A DNA stretch of 64,000 nucleotides from Candidatus Aminicenantes bacterium. Its GTDB lineage: Bacteria; Acidobacteriota; Aminicenantia; Aminicenantales; JAFGBC01. The number at the start of each line of letters is the position of its first letter. The stretch's first letter is position 1. The notes beneath the pieces were generated by a model, which saw only the letters and a list, made by a program, of their open reading frames with translations, was not told the origin of the DNA and made no database searches. The stretch is taken from positions 608,001 through 672,000 of the forward strand of contig OY969696.1 of NCBI GenBank assembly GCA_963702005.1, given 5' to 3'. A program made the position numbers and the translations under genes. Of this stretch, positions 28,893-38,188 are shown piece after piece.

Positions 28893-30824
28893 GTGTCCGA
28901 GTACGATTTCGTCTACAAATCCTTCGAGGTCATGGCCCCTGAGGACTACGCCCGGGTCGGGTTCAAATCTGGCCTGGAGATCCACCAGCAGCTCCTGACC
29001 GCCAAGAAGCTTTTCTGCCGCTGCCCGGCCGGACGCTACTCCTCCAAATACGACGCCGAGATCCTCCGCCACATGAGGCCGACCCTGTCCGAATTGGGGG
29101 AGTACGACGGCACCGCCCTGATGGAGTTCAAGACCAAGAAGGAGATCATCTACCGGATCAACCGGGAAACGGTCTGCACCTACGAAATGGACGACACGCC
29201 GCCCTTCATGATCGATGAGGATGCCCTCGACATCGCGCTGGGGATCGGCCTCCTCTACAACTGCGTCATGGTCGATGAGCTCCACATCGCCCGCAAACAG
29301 TACCTGGACGGGTCGATCCCGACCGGCTTCCAGCGGACAACCATCGTCGGCGTCGACGGACATATCCCCTACGAAGGCCGCCAAATCCGGATCATCCAGC
29401 TCGGCCTCGAGGAGGACGCCTGCCGCGAGGTCAGTGACGTCGGCCACCGCCGGACCTACCTGACCGACCGGCTGGGAATGCCGCTGATCGAAACGGTGAC
29501 CGCCCCCGACATGAAAACGCCCCACGAGGTGGCCGAGGTCGGGCAAATCCTGCGCCGGATCGTCCGGAGCACGGGCCGGGTCAGGACCGGGATGGGGGCC
29601 GCCCGCGAGGACGTCAATGTCAGCGTCACGGGAGGCACACGGGTCGAGATCAAGGGCGTCCCGCGCCTCCCCCGCATTCCTCTCCTGACTTACAACGAGG
29701 GCATGAGGCAATGGAACCTCCTCCGCCTTCGCGAGGAGCTCGGCCGGCGCGGCATCACGACCGAGAGCTTCGGGTCCGAGTACCAGGAGATCACCAGGGT
29801 TCTGCGCCGGACGGCCTATCTTCCGATCCGGTCCGCCCTCGACTCCGGACTCAGCGTTTACGGGGTGCGTCTGCGCGGATTCCGGGGGATTCTCCTCTGG
29901 CAAACCCAGACCAACACGGTCTTTTCCCAGGAGATCTCGGACCGCGTCCGGGTCATCGCCTGCCTGACGACCCTCCCCAACATCATCCATTCCGACAGCC
30001 CGGGCGAGACGCTGGCGAGCTCCGAGTGGCTGAGCGTCAAGAAAGCCCTCAACGCCCGCGACGAAGATACGCTCGTCCTGGTCTGGGGCCCGGCCGAGGA
30101 CGCGCTGACCGGGGCCAAGGAGATCGTCATCCGGGCCAAGGAGGCGACGATCGGGATTCCATCCGAGACGCGCCAGGCCCTGGCCGACGGGACGAACGGG
30201 TTCGAGCGGATTCTGCCCGGACCGAACCGGATGTATCCGGACACGGACCTTCCGCCCAAGCCGGTGCCCGCCGAGCGGCTGGAGCGGATCCGGGCGGGGC
30301 TCCCGCCCCGAATCGTGGATCGGGAAATCCGCTATAAAGAGATTGGAGTCCCGGCCGACCTGCGCTCCGCGCTGGCCGTGTCGCCGTGGGCGGAGCTTTT
30401 CGAAAAGCTCATCGGCGAAAATAAGCTGCCGGCTTCGCTCGCGGCCGTCGTCCTCGTCCAGTATCCGAAGAGACTCAGGACGAAAGGGCTTCCGGCGGAG
30501 GGGCTGAGCGGGGACATGTTCCAATCCGCCTTCGCGGCGTTCAAGGACAGCCGCGTTTCCCGGGATGGCATTCTCGCGCTTCTGGAGGGCGCCCTCAGCG
30601 ACGGAAAGAATATCGGCGAGCTCGTTCCTCCGCCTTTCGACAAAGCCGACTTCGAAAAACGTCTGGCCGGGATCCCCGGCGACGTCAAAGGACGCTGTTT
30701 CGCCGATGCCGAGAGCCGTTGGCGCTATGTCATGGGGCTGGTCATGAAGGACTGGCGCGGACGGCTCGAGGGACGGACGGCGGCCGAGGAAGTCCGGCGG
30801 CGCTTGGAGAGGGTCAAGGCATGA
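28893..30824 (+). CDS. gatE: Glu-tRNA(Gln) amidotransferase subunit E (archaeal type)
   Basis: GLEIHQQL..KKLFCRCP, RPTLSELGEYD, DGSIPTGFQRT, LEEDACR, DRLGMPLIE, DVNVS, RVEIKGV, ETRQAL, RMYPDTDLP. Confidence 0.92.
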   Translation: MSEYDFVYKSFEVMAPEDYARVGFKSGLEIHQQLLTAKKLFCRCPAGRYSSKYDAEILRHMRPTLSELGEYDGTALMEFKTKKEIIYRINRETVCTYEMDDTPPFMIDEDALDIALGIGLLYNCVMVDELHIARKQYLDGSIPTGFQRTTIVGVDGHIPYEGRQIRIIQLGLEEDACREVSDVGHRRTYLTDRLGMPLIETVTAPDMKTPHEVAEVGQILRRIVRSTGRVRTGMGAAREDVNVSVTGGTRVEIKGVPRLPRIPLLTYNEGMRQWNLLRLREELGRRGITTESFGSEYQEITRVLRRTAYLPIRSALDSGLSVYGVRLRGFRGILLWQTQTNTVFSQEISDRVRVIACLTTLPNIIHSDSPGETLASSEWLSVKKALNARDEDTLVLVWGPAEDALTGAKEIVIRAKEATIGIPSETRQALADGTNGFERILPGPNRMYPDTDLPPKPVPAERLERIRAGLPPRIVDREIRYKEIGVPADLRSALAVSPWAELFEKLIGENKLPASLAAVVLVQYPKRLRTKGLPAEGLSGDMFQSAFAAFKDSRVSRDGILALLEGALSDGKNIGELVPPPFDKADFEKRLAGIPGDVKGRCFADAESRWRYVMGLVMKDWRGRLEGRTAAEEVRRRLERVKA

Positions 30825-32210
30825 ACGACGCCAACCTCTATAAAGGATACAAGGGCCGGGCCCTGGAGGTCCTCCAGAGCTTCCAGGCCCAGGTCTGGAG
30901 CGACGTCGTGATCAAGACCGATCGGGGCGAATACGTCGGCATCGTCCTGCCGCGCTCCGAGACGGCCGACCCCTTGCACGTCGTGCTCAAGCTCCGTTCG
31001 GGCTACAACATCGGAATCCTGGCCGAGAGCGTCCGCGAGGTCGAGATCCGGGGCCGCAAGGAAGCCCACTATAAGATCCCCGAGAAGGAATTTCCCTACG
31101 ACCCGGCCAAGCCGAGGGTGAAGCTTCTGGGAACGGGCGGCACGATCGCCAGCCGGCTCGACTACCGGACGGGCGCCGTCATCCCGGCCTTCTCGCCGGG
31201 CGAGCTCTACGGCTCGGTCCCCGAGCTGGCCGACATCTGCAACCTCGAAACCGAGAAACTCTTCGGCGTCTTCAGCGAGAACATGGGACCCGAACAGTAC
31301 ATCGGGACGGCCGAGGCCATCGGCCGCGAGATCAAGAAGGGGGTCGACGGGATCGTCATCGGCCACGGCACCGACACCATGCACCACACCGTCGGCCATC
31401 CTGTCCTTCATGGTTCAGAATTCGCCGGTGCCGATCGTCATGGTCGGCTCCCAGCGTTCGAGCGACCGGCCTTCATCGGACGCCGCCCTCAACCTCATGC
31501 ACAGCGTCAAGACGGCGGCCGAGAGCAACATCGCCGAGGTCATGGTCTGCATGTTCGGGCCGACCTCGGCCATCTACGGCCTCCTCCACCGCGGGACGCG
31601 CGTCCGCAAGATGCACTCGAGCTACCGCTCGACCTTCCGGACGATCGGGGATATTCCGCTGGCCATGGTCAGCCGGGAGAAGATCACGCCGCTGCGCCGC
31701 GACTACAAGCGTCGCCGGAACGACAAGAACGTCGTCATCAACACGGCCTTCGAGGAGAAGGTCGCCATCGTCTACTATTACCCCAACATGAAGCCGGACA
31801 TCATCGACTCCCTGATCGACAACGGCTACCTGGGGATCATCATCGCCGGGACGGGGCTGGGGCATGTCAACAAGCCGCTCTACCCGTCGCTCAAGCGGGC
31901 CCAGGACAAGAAGATCGCGGTGTACATGACCGTCCAGACGCTTTGGGGCTACGTCCAGATGTACGTCTACGACACGGGGCGGGACATGATGGAGCTGGGC
32001 GTCGTGCCGGCGGCCAACATGTTGCCCGAAGTCGCCTACGTCAAGCTGGCCTGGGCGCTGGGCCAGACGACCGACCTGGACGAAGTCAAGCGGATCATGC
32101 TGACGCCGATCGCCGGCGAGACGACCGAGCGCGAGCCCTCGAACGGGTATTTGATTTTTCAGGGCGGCATCCCCGAAGTCGAAGAATTCATCTCAAAATA
32201 TAGAAAATAA
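30821..32210 (+). pseudogene. gatD: Glu-tRNA(Gln) amidotransferase subunit D (archaeal type), split by a +1 frameshift near 31389 (possible sequencing error)
   Basis: LKLRSGYNIG, GTGGTIASRLDYRTGAV, HGTDTM, then in the other frame GSQRSSDRPSSDA, RKMHSSYRSTF, GTGLGH, VYDTGRD, MLPEVAYVKL. Confidence 0.88.
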
Positions 32211-32409
32211 AATCGGGGATAAAATCGGGGTCGGACCAAGCTATCTGATTGATAATTCAGTATATAGAACTGTTTCTCGGGTAAAAATATGCCTTAGATT
32301 GTGTTTTTAGACCCCATAAATCAATTATTCGACGATTTGGCGGGATCCGGATCGATTTTCCATTTTAAGATCGGGGGCGCGAATGAAACAACGGCAGAGC
32401 AAACCGTAT

Positions 32410-34800
32410 TCATTCCGCGAGATTGAACAACAGTCGGGCGGCGAATTTTCCATCCTCGTATTCTTTTGAATAAAATGCGGCGTGGAGGGCGCCCAGGGGC
32501 CGCACGGCGATCCCCAGCGTCCGGCCGTCAATCAAACGCTGGAGGACCGGTCTCGAAATCGTCAAGTAGGTTTTCGCGCCGTCGCCCTCGCTGACCGGCC
32601 AGTCGATGATCATCTGGGGGCAGACGGCGAGGTCGGGAAGCGCTCCCCGCAGTAAGTTATTCCAGGTAACGGCCTGCCGCCTCCAGCCGGGCTCCCCGCC
32701 CAGGATTTCTACGACGCGGATCAGCCCGAAATCCGGAATATCTTTCGAAGTTCGCTCGACCGAACGCGTCGTCAGCTCGAGCAGCCCGGAACCAGCCGCT
32801 TTCTTTCCGGCGAACGCGCTGAAGTCCCAGCGCAGGATGGCGGACAGGGTCCCGCCCACACTCACGAGAGCGATCTCCTTATCCCCCTCGAGGACTCGCC
32901 ACCGGCCGAGGCAGACGTCCGGATTGCCGATGTCGACAATTCCGTCCTGGGCGACCGCGACTCCATGGGCGAACGTCTTCGGGTCCGCAACCGGAGGATG
33001 GTAGGGAATCGGCTCTCCCAGGTCGGGCCCGGCGACGGCGGGATCGACGACGTCGACCTTGAAATAATCCAAATCCACCCGATACTTACCCAGTCCCCAA
33101 TCCATGAGGGCGAGCTGGCCGTTGACGGTGTCCCCCGGCTCAGCCGGGAAATTATGCGTCGTCATGCTTATAACCCGCCACTCGTTCGGCTCCGGGATAT
33201 CGAATTCCATGAGATGAGTATGGAAATCGACGGTCCTCTGGGTGTTGAGATGAAGGTTGACCCGTCGCGGGGCGTGGCTCACTCTGATCCGGGCTTCAAT
33301 GCGAAGCTCGTGGCCGAAATCCCTGAGCCGCGCCAGATCCATCCCATCCGAGACCTTGTGCTTGATCAGCGCCCACCAGACGCCGCGCCGGTCCTTGGTC
33401 GCGTCGACATAAATCGAGGCGAAGCCGTCCCCCTGCCGGAAGTCCATGACCGCATTTCCCTCTCCCGAGAAATAGGCCCAGCCCTTGATCCCGTCCGGAT
33501 CCTTGGGAAGCTCCGGCCCGTTAAAATCGTCAAAGAAACCTGAGCCGGCGGGGCGAGACGGCCGGCGCATCCAATCCAGCAGTTCCCTGTGGTTGATGAC
33601 CCTGACCTCGGGCTTCGACAGCGCATAGTCGAGGAAATCCCGCACGGCCGCGCGGCGTTCGAGGATGAGCGCGGCTTGGGCTGCCGTCATCCCCGCCCGC
33701 ACCGTGTACAATTCGCTGTGGAGACCCACGGTCATCGGACAGCGGTTTCCCGAAAGATGCCGGTCCAGGGAGTATTTGAAGACGGACAGGAATTCGGTCG
33801 GCGTCAAATAGAACTCGTTCCAGAGATTCCAGTCCATGCCGGTGATCTCGCCGTTCTCCGGGATGAAGTAATCCTTGACCTTCTTGAGCCTGCCTCGCAA
33901 CCCCGCCGTCACACCGTAGCGCGGGCAATCTCGGTCGGGCGGCACGATATAATCGTAGATGGGAATTTCCCACAGCCCGGGATGGGGTCCGATCGGAGGA
34001 TTGTAGTCCGGAAGACCCTGGGACAGAAGGTAAGGCCAGCGGAAAATATCCCCATCCGCCCCCGCTCCCCGTCCCGGCCTAACAATCTCCTCGATGCTGG
34101 AGTCGTAAAGCAGCCCCTTCCGTTGGACGGCCGTCATTCCGTTGTCGGCGGGCTCGATGAAGGGCGCGCGGAAGCCGAGAAGGTCGGCCCGGGCGACGCC
34201 CAGCCCGGAGGCCGGATTGGGGAGATCGGGCGTTTCGGCGGCGTCCCAGGGCCGGGTCAAGATCTCGATGGATCGCTCGATCTCCGCTTCCCACTCGGCG
34301 ACCCCGAAGTCCCGGCCGTGCGGATGGGAATGGGTATGGACGCCGATCTCATGTCCGCGTTCGATCGCCTCATGCCAAGCGCGTTTGATGTAGACTGGAT
34401 TTTCCTTGGGGGCGGGGTCCCGGCCGGTCCCGGCCGAGCCGGATGTCTCGACGTTAAAAGTATTGACAAAGAAGGTGTAGTGAAGAGGCGTGCCATCGAA
34501 AGTTTGGGCGTCGCCGTTCCCCGCCGGATTTCGCCGGGCCGCGAACAACTCGGTCAGGAAATGGAGTCCGCCTTCGCTTCCCGACCCGGAGAGGCCAGAG
34601 AACCCGTTGTCGTCCGAGCTGAAGCAGACGAATTGAGGCATTGGCCTCGACGCCGGCCACTCCTCCACTCGCCCGCCGGGAGCGGAAAGGGCGGCTTCAT
34701 GACGAGTTCGCGCGCAGGAGACTATAACAAAGATCAAACCAAGAAAAAGCGCGGCCCGTCCCGGCCCTCGAAGCGCAAGGCCGACCGGTTTCTTTTTCAT
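32410..34800 (-). CDS. Lipoprotein with polysaccharide deacetylase (NodB-like) domain plus uncharacterised C-terminal domain
   Basis: Lipobox IVSC; FSSDDN, HEIGVHTHSH, GFRAPF, YDSS, LWEIP, GNRCPMTVGLH. Confidence 0.75.
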   Translation of the reverse strand: MKKKPVGLALRGPGRAALFLGLIFVIVSCARTRHEAALSAPGGRVEEWPASRPMPQFVCFSSDDNGFSGLSGSGSEGGLHFLTELFAARRNPAGNGDAQTFDGTPLHYTFFVNTFNVETSGSAGTGRDPAPKENPVYIKRAWHEAIERGHEIGVHTHSHPHGRDFGVAEWEAEIERSIEILTRPWDAAETPDLPNPASGLGVARADLLGFRAPFIEPADNGMTAVQRKGLLYDSSIEEIVRPGRGAGADGDIFRWPYLLSQGLPDYNPPIGPHPGLWEIPIYDYIVPPDRDCPRYGVTAGLRGRLKKVKDYFIPENGEITGMDWNLWNEFYLTPTEFLSVFKYSLDRHLSGNRCPMTVGLHSELYTVRAGMTAAQAALILERRAAVRDFLDYALSKPEVRVINHRELLDWMRRPSRPAGSGFFDDFNGPELPKDPDGIKGWAYFSGEGNAVMDFRQGDGFASIYVDATKDRRGVWWALIKHKVSDGMDLARLRDFGHELRIEARIRVSHAPRRVNLHLNTQRTVDFHTHLMEFDIPEPNEWRVISMTTHNFPAEPGDTVNGQLALMDWGLGKYRVDLDYFKVDVVDPAVAGPDLGEPIPYHPPVADPKTFAHGVAVAQDGIVDIGNPDVCLGRWRVLEGDKEIALVSVGGTLSAILRWDFSAFAGKKAAGSGLLELTTRSVERTSKDIPDFGLIRVVEILGGEPGWRRQAVTWNNLLRGALPDLAVCPQMIIDWPVSEGDGAKTYLTISRPVLQRLIDGRTLGIAVRPLGALHAAFYSKEYEDGKFAARLLFNLAE

Positions 34801-34817
34801 TGAGCCCTCGTTTTCAG

Positions 34818-36086
34818 TCAGAGCTTGAGGATGACTTTATTGCGGGTCGCCAGCCAGGTCAGGAATAGGACAAAGGCTGTCATGAGCGCGGCGTTCGCCA
34901 TGCCGGCGAGACCGCCCCGCTCGGCCAGCGGCCAGAAGACACGGCGGACATCCGTTTTTAGAAAGGACGAAGCGATATTCGTCAGGGCGTCGAGGATGCC
35001 AGGCAGGATGTAAGCCAGAAGCGGATTGCGGCCGATCGGCTGAAGGAATCCCGCCCAGCGCCGCAGCTTCAGGACGTCCATGACGACATAGAACCCGGCA
35101 AGGAGCAGGGCGCAGATGCCGGCCGTCGCCAAAGCCCAGGATTCGGTCGCCAGGATTTTACTGAACCCGTGGAGCGGGCGCAAAAGATACGCGGCCAGGA
35201 CGAGACCCGCTCCGAATAAGACCATAGCCCGGATTCTTCGCGGATGCTCCCCTTCCGTATTTCCGGGATTCCCTGGCAGGAAGAGCGTCCCGATGAAAGC
35301 GCCGGCAAGGATGATGGCCGTGTGAGAACCGAAATTGGCACCGGCGTCTATGAAACCATTCCTTAGCCCGAGGACGATTAAAGCGCCATGGCGGGTGGCG
35401 ATGAAGAAACCAACGGCGAGGCTCGTCATGCCCAGGAGCGCGGTCCTGTCCCCGCGGCTGAGGAGATAGAGAAGGCTGGCGGCCAGGTAGGTCCAGCCGA
35501 TGATTCCCAGGATCCCCCACCAGGAATGCTGGAGCCAAACGACCGCGCCGGCCTCGGTCTGACCGCGGAAAACGACGAGGAGGATGGCGAGAACGACGGC
35601 CGAAGCCGCCTTGATCCCCAATTGCGCCGTCCGCCGCCGCTCGGAGGCGTCCTTGGGCGTCATCATCCACAGGCCGATGACGGCCATGTAGGCTAACAGG
35701 AACCAGGCGTCGCGGCTCAGTCCCGAGGCGGCGGCTGAAAAAGACTCCTCATTGACCTGGATGACGCCCAGGAAGATGAGGGCGGCCGCCCGGACGGCGA
35801 TATGCTTGAGGAGGCGCCAGGTCGAGTCGCCCTCGGCCTTCCTCTTGGCGAGGGCGAGCGGGATCGAAACCCCGACGATGAACAGGAAGCCGGGGAAGAC
35901 AACGTCGGTCAGAGTGAAGGCGTCCATCTCGGCTTTGGCGTGCCGGAAGATGAACGGGATCGCCGCCATGCCGGCGATGTAATTTACGAAGATCATGGTC
36001 AGGATGTCGAACCCGCGGAAGGCGTCCAGGCAAGCCAGACGCGAAGAGGCTTTCCCTTTCGAAGCGGCGGTCCCCGCGGCGTCCAT
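34818..36086 (-). CDS. DUF5009 / heparan-alpha-glucosaminide N-acetyltransferase-like membrane protein
   Basis: LDAFRG, MIFVN, TLTDVVFPGFLFIVGVSIP, WWGILGIIGW, SKI.AT.SW. Confidence 0.8.
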   Translation of the reverse strand: MDAAGTAASKGKASSRLACLDAFRGFDILTMIFVNYIAGMAAIPFIFRHAKAEMDAFTLTDVVFPGFLFIVGVSIPLALAKRKAEGDSTWRLLKHIAVRAAALIFLGVIQVNEESFSAAASGLSRDAWFLLAYMAVIGLWMMTPKDASERRRTAQLGIKAASAVVLAILLVVFRGQTEAGAVVWLQHSWWGILGIIGWTYLAASLLYLLSRGDRTALLGMTSLAVGFFIATRHGALIVLGLRNGFIDAGANFGSHTAIILAGAFIGTLFLPGNPGNTEGEHPRRIRAMVLFGAGLVLAAYLLRPLHGFSKILATESWALATAGICALLLAGFYVVMDVLKLRRWAGFLQPIGRNPLLAYILPGILDALTNIASSFLKTDVRRVFWPLAERGGLAGMANAALMTAFVLFLTWLATRNKVILKL

Positions 36087-36174
36087 AACGTGCTCCTGTC
36101 TTTACCCCGCAAATTATCAGCCGGGGTTCAATTTGTCAATCGGATTCCCACTTCTGGGTGAATGGCGACATAAA

Positions 36175-36296
36175 GGCGGCGAGGAGGCCGTCCTCTGCCC
36201 CCGACCCCCGGGAACCAGTCCCGTCGGTTCCCCCATCGGCTTGCGCCGCTGGGTCCCCCTCCGCTACGGGGGCTAAAGGACGGCCTCCTCTCCGCC
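36175..36296 (-). ncRNA. Candidate structured RNA (multi-branch), unclassified
   Basis: 14-bp perfect closing stem 36181-36194 / 36277-36290 enclosing three hairpins, one with a GCAA tetraloop on the minus strand. Confidence 0.35.
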
Positions 36297-36351
36297 CAAC
36301 GGAGATTTGGCGGGATTCCCTCCCGGCCGGCAAATGCTGTACAATCCCGGC

Positions 36352-36942
36352 ATGAACAGAATCTGCGTCTTCTGCGGGTCGAGTCCGGGAGCTAAGCCTG
36401 CGTACGCGGCGGCGGCCCGCGCCCTGGCCGAGGCGTTTCTCGCCCGCAAGCTTGGCCTCGTCTACGGCGGCGGCCGGGTCGGCCTCATGTACGAGGTCGC
36501 CCGGACCGTGTTCGAAGCGGGCGGTGAGGTCGTCGGCGTTATCCCGGCCGGCATGGTCGAGCGCGAGCTCGCCTACCGGGAGCTCCGCGACCTCAGGGTC
36601 GTCGCCTCCATGCACGAGCGGAAAGCCCTCATGGCCGACCTGGCCGACGGCTTCATCGCGCTTCCGGGCGGGCTGGGGACGATCGAGGAATTCTTCGAGG
36701 TCCTGACCTGGGCCCAGCTCGGGATCCACCGGAAGCCCTGCGGCATCCTCAACCCGGGCGGGTATTTCGGCCCGCTCGTCGCGTTCCTGGACAGCGCCGT
36801 CGAGGAGAAATTCGTCCAGCCCGAGCACCGGCGGATGATCATCGTCGAGGAGGATCCCAACCACCTCCTCGACCGGTTCGAGACCTATCGGCCGCCGGAC
36901 GCGGACATGGCCCGCTGGGCCCTGGACATGACCAACCGATAG
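36352..36942 (+). CDS. LOG family protein (TIGR00730-like nucleotide phosphoribohydrolase)
   Basis: ICVFCGS, LVYGGG..GLM, MHERK, PGGLGTIEE. Confidence 0.93.
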   Translation: MNRICVFCGSSPGAKPAYAAAARALAEAFLARKLGLVYGGGRVGLMYEVARTVFEAGGEVVGVIPAGMVERELAYRELRDLRVVASMHERKALMADLADGFIALPGGLGTIEEFFEVLTWAQLGIHRKPCGILNPGGYFGPLVAFLDSAVEEKFVQPEHRRMIIVEEDPNHLLDRFETYRPPDADMARWALDMTNR

Positions 36943-36969
36943 GCGGGAATTGTCTGCGGAAAAACGTCG

Positions 36970-38118
36970 TTGGCTAAGAAGCGGATCGGACTCATCGTCG
37001 CGGCCGGATGGGCCGCCCTGTGTCTCTCGGCCCAAGAGAAACCCAAACCTTCAGGAATCTTCAGCCTCTACGTCGAGAACGACGTCTTCGCCGGGACCGA
37101 CCGCGGCTACACGAACGGCTTTCGCTTCGTGTGGGTCTCCCTCGACCTCAACGTTGAGCGGGACCAGGTCCGCCCGCCGCGCTGGCTGGACCGGCTCAGC
37201 CGGATGTTCCCCCTGGTCCAGCCGCCGGATGCGCGCCGCTTCATGTCGCTCTCCTTCGGGCAGAACATCTACACTCCGGACGACATCACTCGGAGCGACC
37301 TCATTCCCGATGACCGGCCCTATGCCGGGATCAGCTACGCCGCGCTCGGCTTCCACGCCCAGGACCGCTCCTCCATGGACACGGTCGAGCTCTACGCCGG
37401 GATTGTCGGGCCCAGCTCTTTGGCCGGATGGACCCAGCGCACTCTCCACAAGTTTTTCGGATGGACTTATCCCCAGGGCTGGGCCCGCCAGCTCCACGAC
37501 GAGCCCGTCCTCGGACTCGTCTACGACCACAAGTGGAAGCTCGACATGACCCGTTCGCCGACGCCAAACCCCGCCTTTCAAGGCGGGGATGAGAAGCGAG
37601 GCTCAGGGTTAACCCCGAACAAGCCCCGGCATTCATGCCGGGGTGTCGAGGGGTTGACCCGAGAATCGCGCAGCCTCGGCTGGGACCTGATCGGCCACGG
37701 CGGCGCCGAGCTCTCCAACATGTGGACGGGACTCCGCAGCGGTATTGAGCTCCGAAGCGGCTGGAACCTTCCCAGGGATTTCGGGACATCCTTCATTCAG
37801 CCCGGGAGCGACAGCGCCTCGCTCTTCGAGGAGCGGGATATCCGTCTCAAGGGACGGGAACTCTTCGGCTTTCACCTGTTTCTGGCCTTGGAGGGGCAGT
37901 GGGTCGCCCGCAACCTGTTCCTCGACGGAAACACCTTTCGGTCCAGCCATCACGTCGAGAAGGAGCCGTTCCTGGCCGGCGCCGCGGCCGGGTTCGCCCT
38001 CCGCTATAAGCGCTTGAGGTTCAGCTTTTCCTATGTCGCCAAAACGAAGGAATTTACCACCCAGCGGAAAAAAAGCCTGTTCGGCTCGCTCAATATCTCA
38101 TTCACGCTCAGGCATTGA
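36970..38118 (+). CDS. Lipid A deacylase LpxR family outer-membrane protein, carrying an in-frame 36-aa repeat insertion
   Basis: YVENDVF.GTDRGYTNG, GQNIYTP, DDRPYAG, GIVGP, GW..QL, NLFLDGN. Confidence 0.85.
   Translation: MAKKRIGLIVAAGWAALCLSAQEKPKPSGIFSLYVENDVFAGTDRGYTNGFRFVWVSLDLNVERDQVRPPRWLDRLSRMFPLVQPPDARRFMSLSFGQNIYTPDDITRSDLIPDDRPYAGISYAALGFHAQDRSSMDTVELYAGIVGPSSLAGWTQRTLHKFFGWTYPQGWARQLHDEPVLGLVYDHKWKLDMTRSPTPNPAFQGGDEKRGSGLTPNKPRHSCRGVEGLTRESRSLGWDLIGHGGAELSNMWTGLRSGIELRSGWNLPRDFGTSFIQPGSDSASLFEERDIRLKGRELFGFHLFLALEGQWVARNLFLDGNTFRSSHHVEKEPFLAGAAAGFALRYKRLRFSFSYVAKTKEFTTQRKKSLFGSLNISFTLRH
37551..37658 (+). repeat. In-frame copy of the palindromic mini-element (108 bp)
   Basis: TGAC|CCGTTCGCCGACG...CCCCGCCTTTCAAGGCGGGG...AAGCCCCGGCATTCATGCCGGGG...GGGGTTGAC; homologous to the 7048 and 44646 copies. 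Confidence 0.9.
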
Positions 38119-38124
38119 CGGAAT

Positions 38125-38188
38125 AATTCTGGGGACACACGACTTAATTCCTGATCTTTCTTGAATTAAGTCGTGTGTCCCCAGAATT
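38125..38188. repeat. REP-like palindrome, second copy of the 3410 family, between convergent genes
   Basis: aattctggggacacacgacttaattc-N12-gaattaagtcgtgtgtccccagaatt. Confidence 0.9.

Noticed and set aside
31380-31412. Programmed ribosomal frameshift in gatD
   Set aside because: No slippery sequence or stimulatory structure evident; a simple indel is more parsimonious
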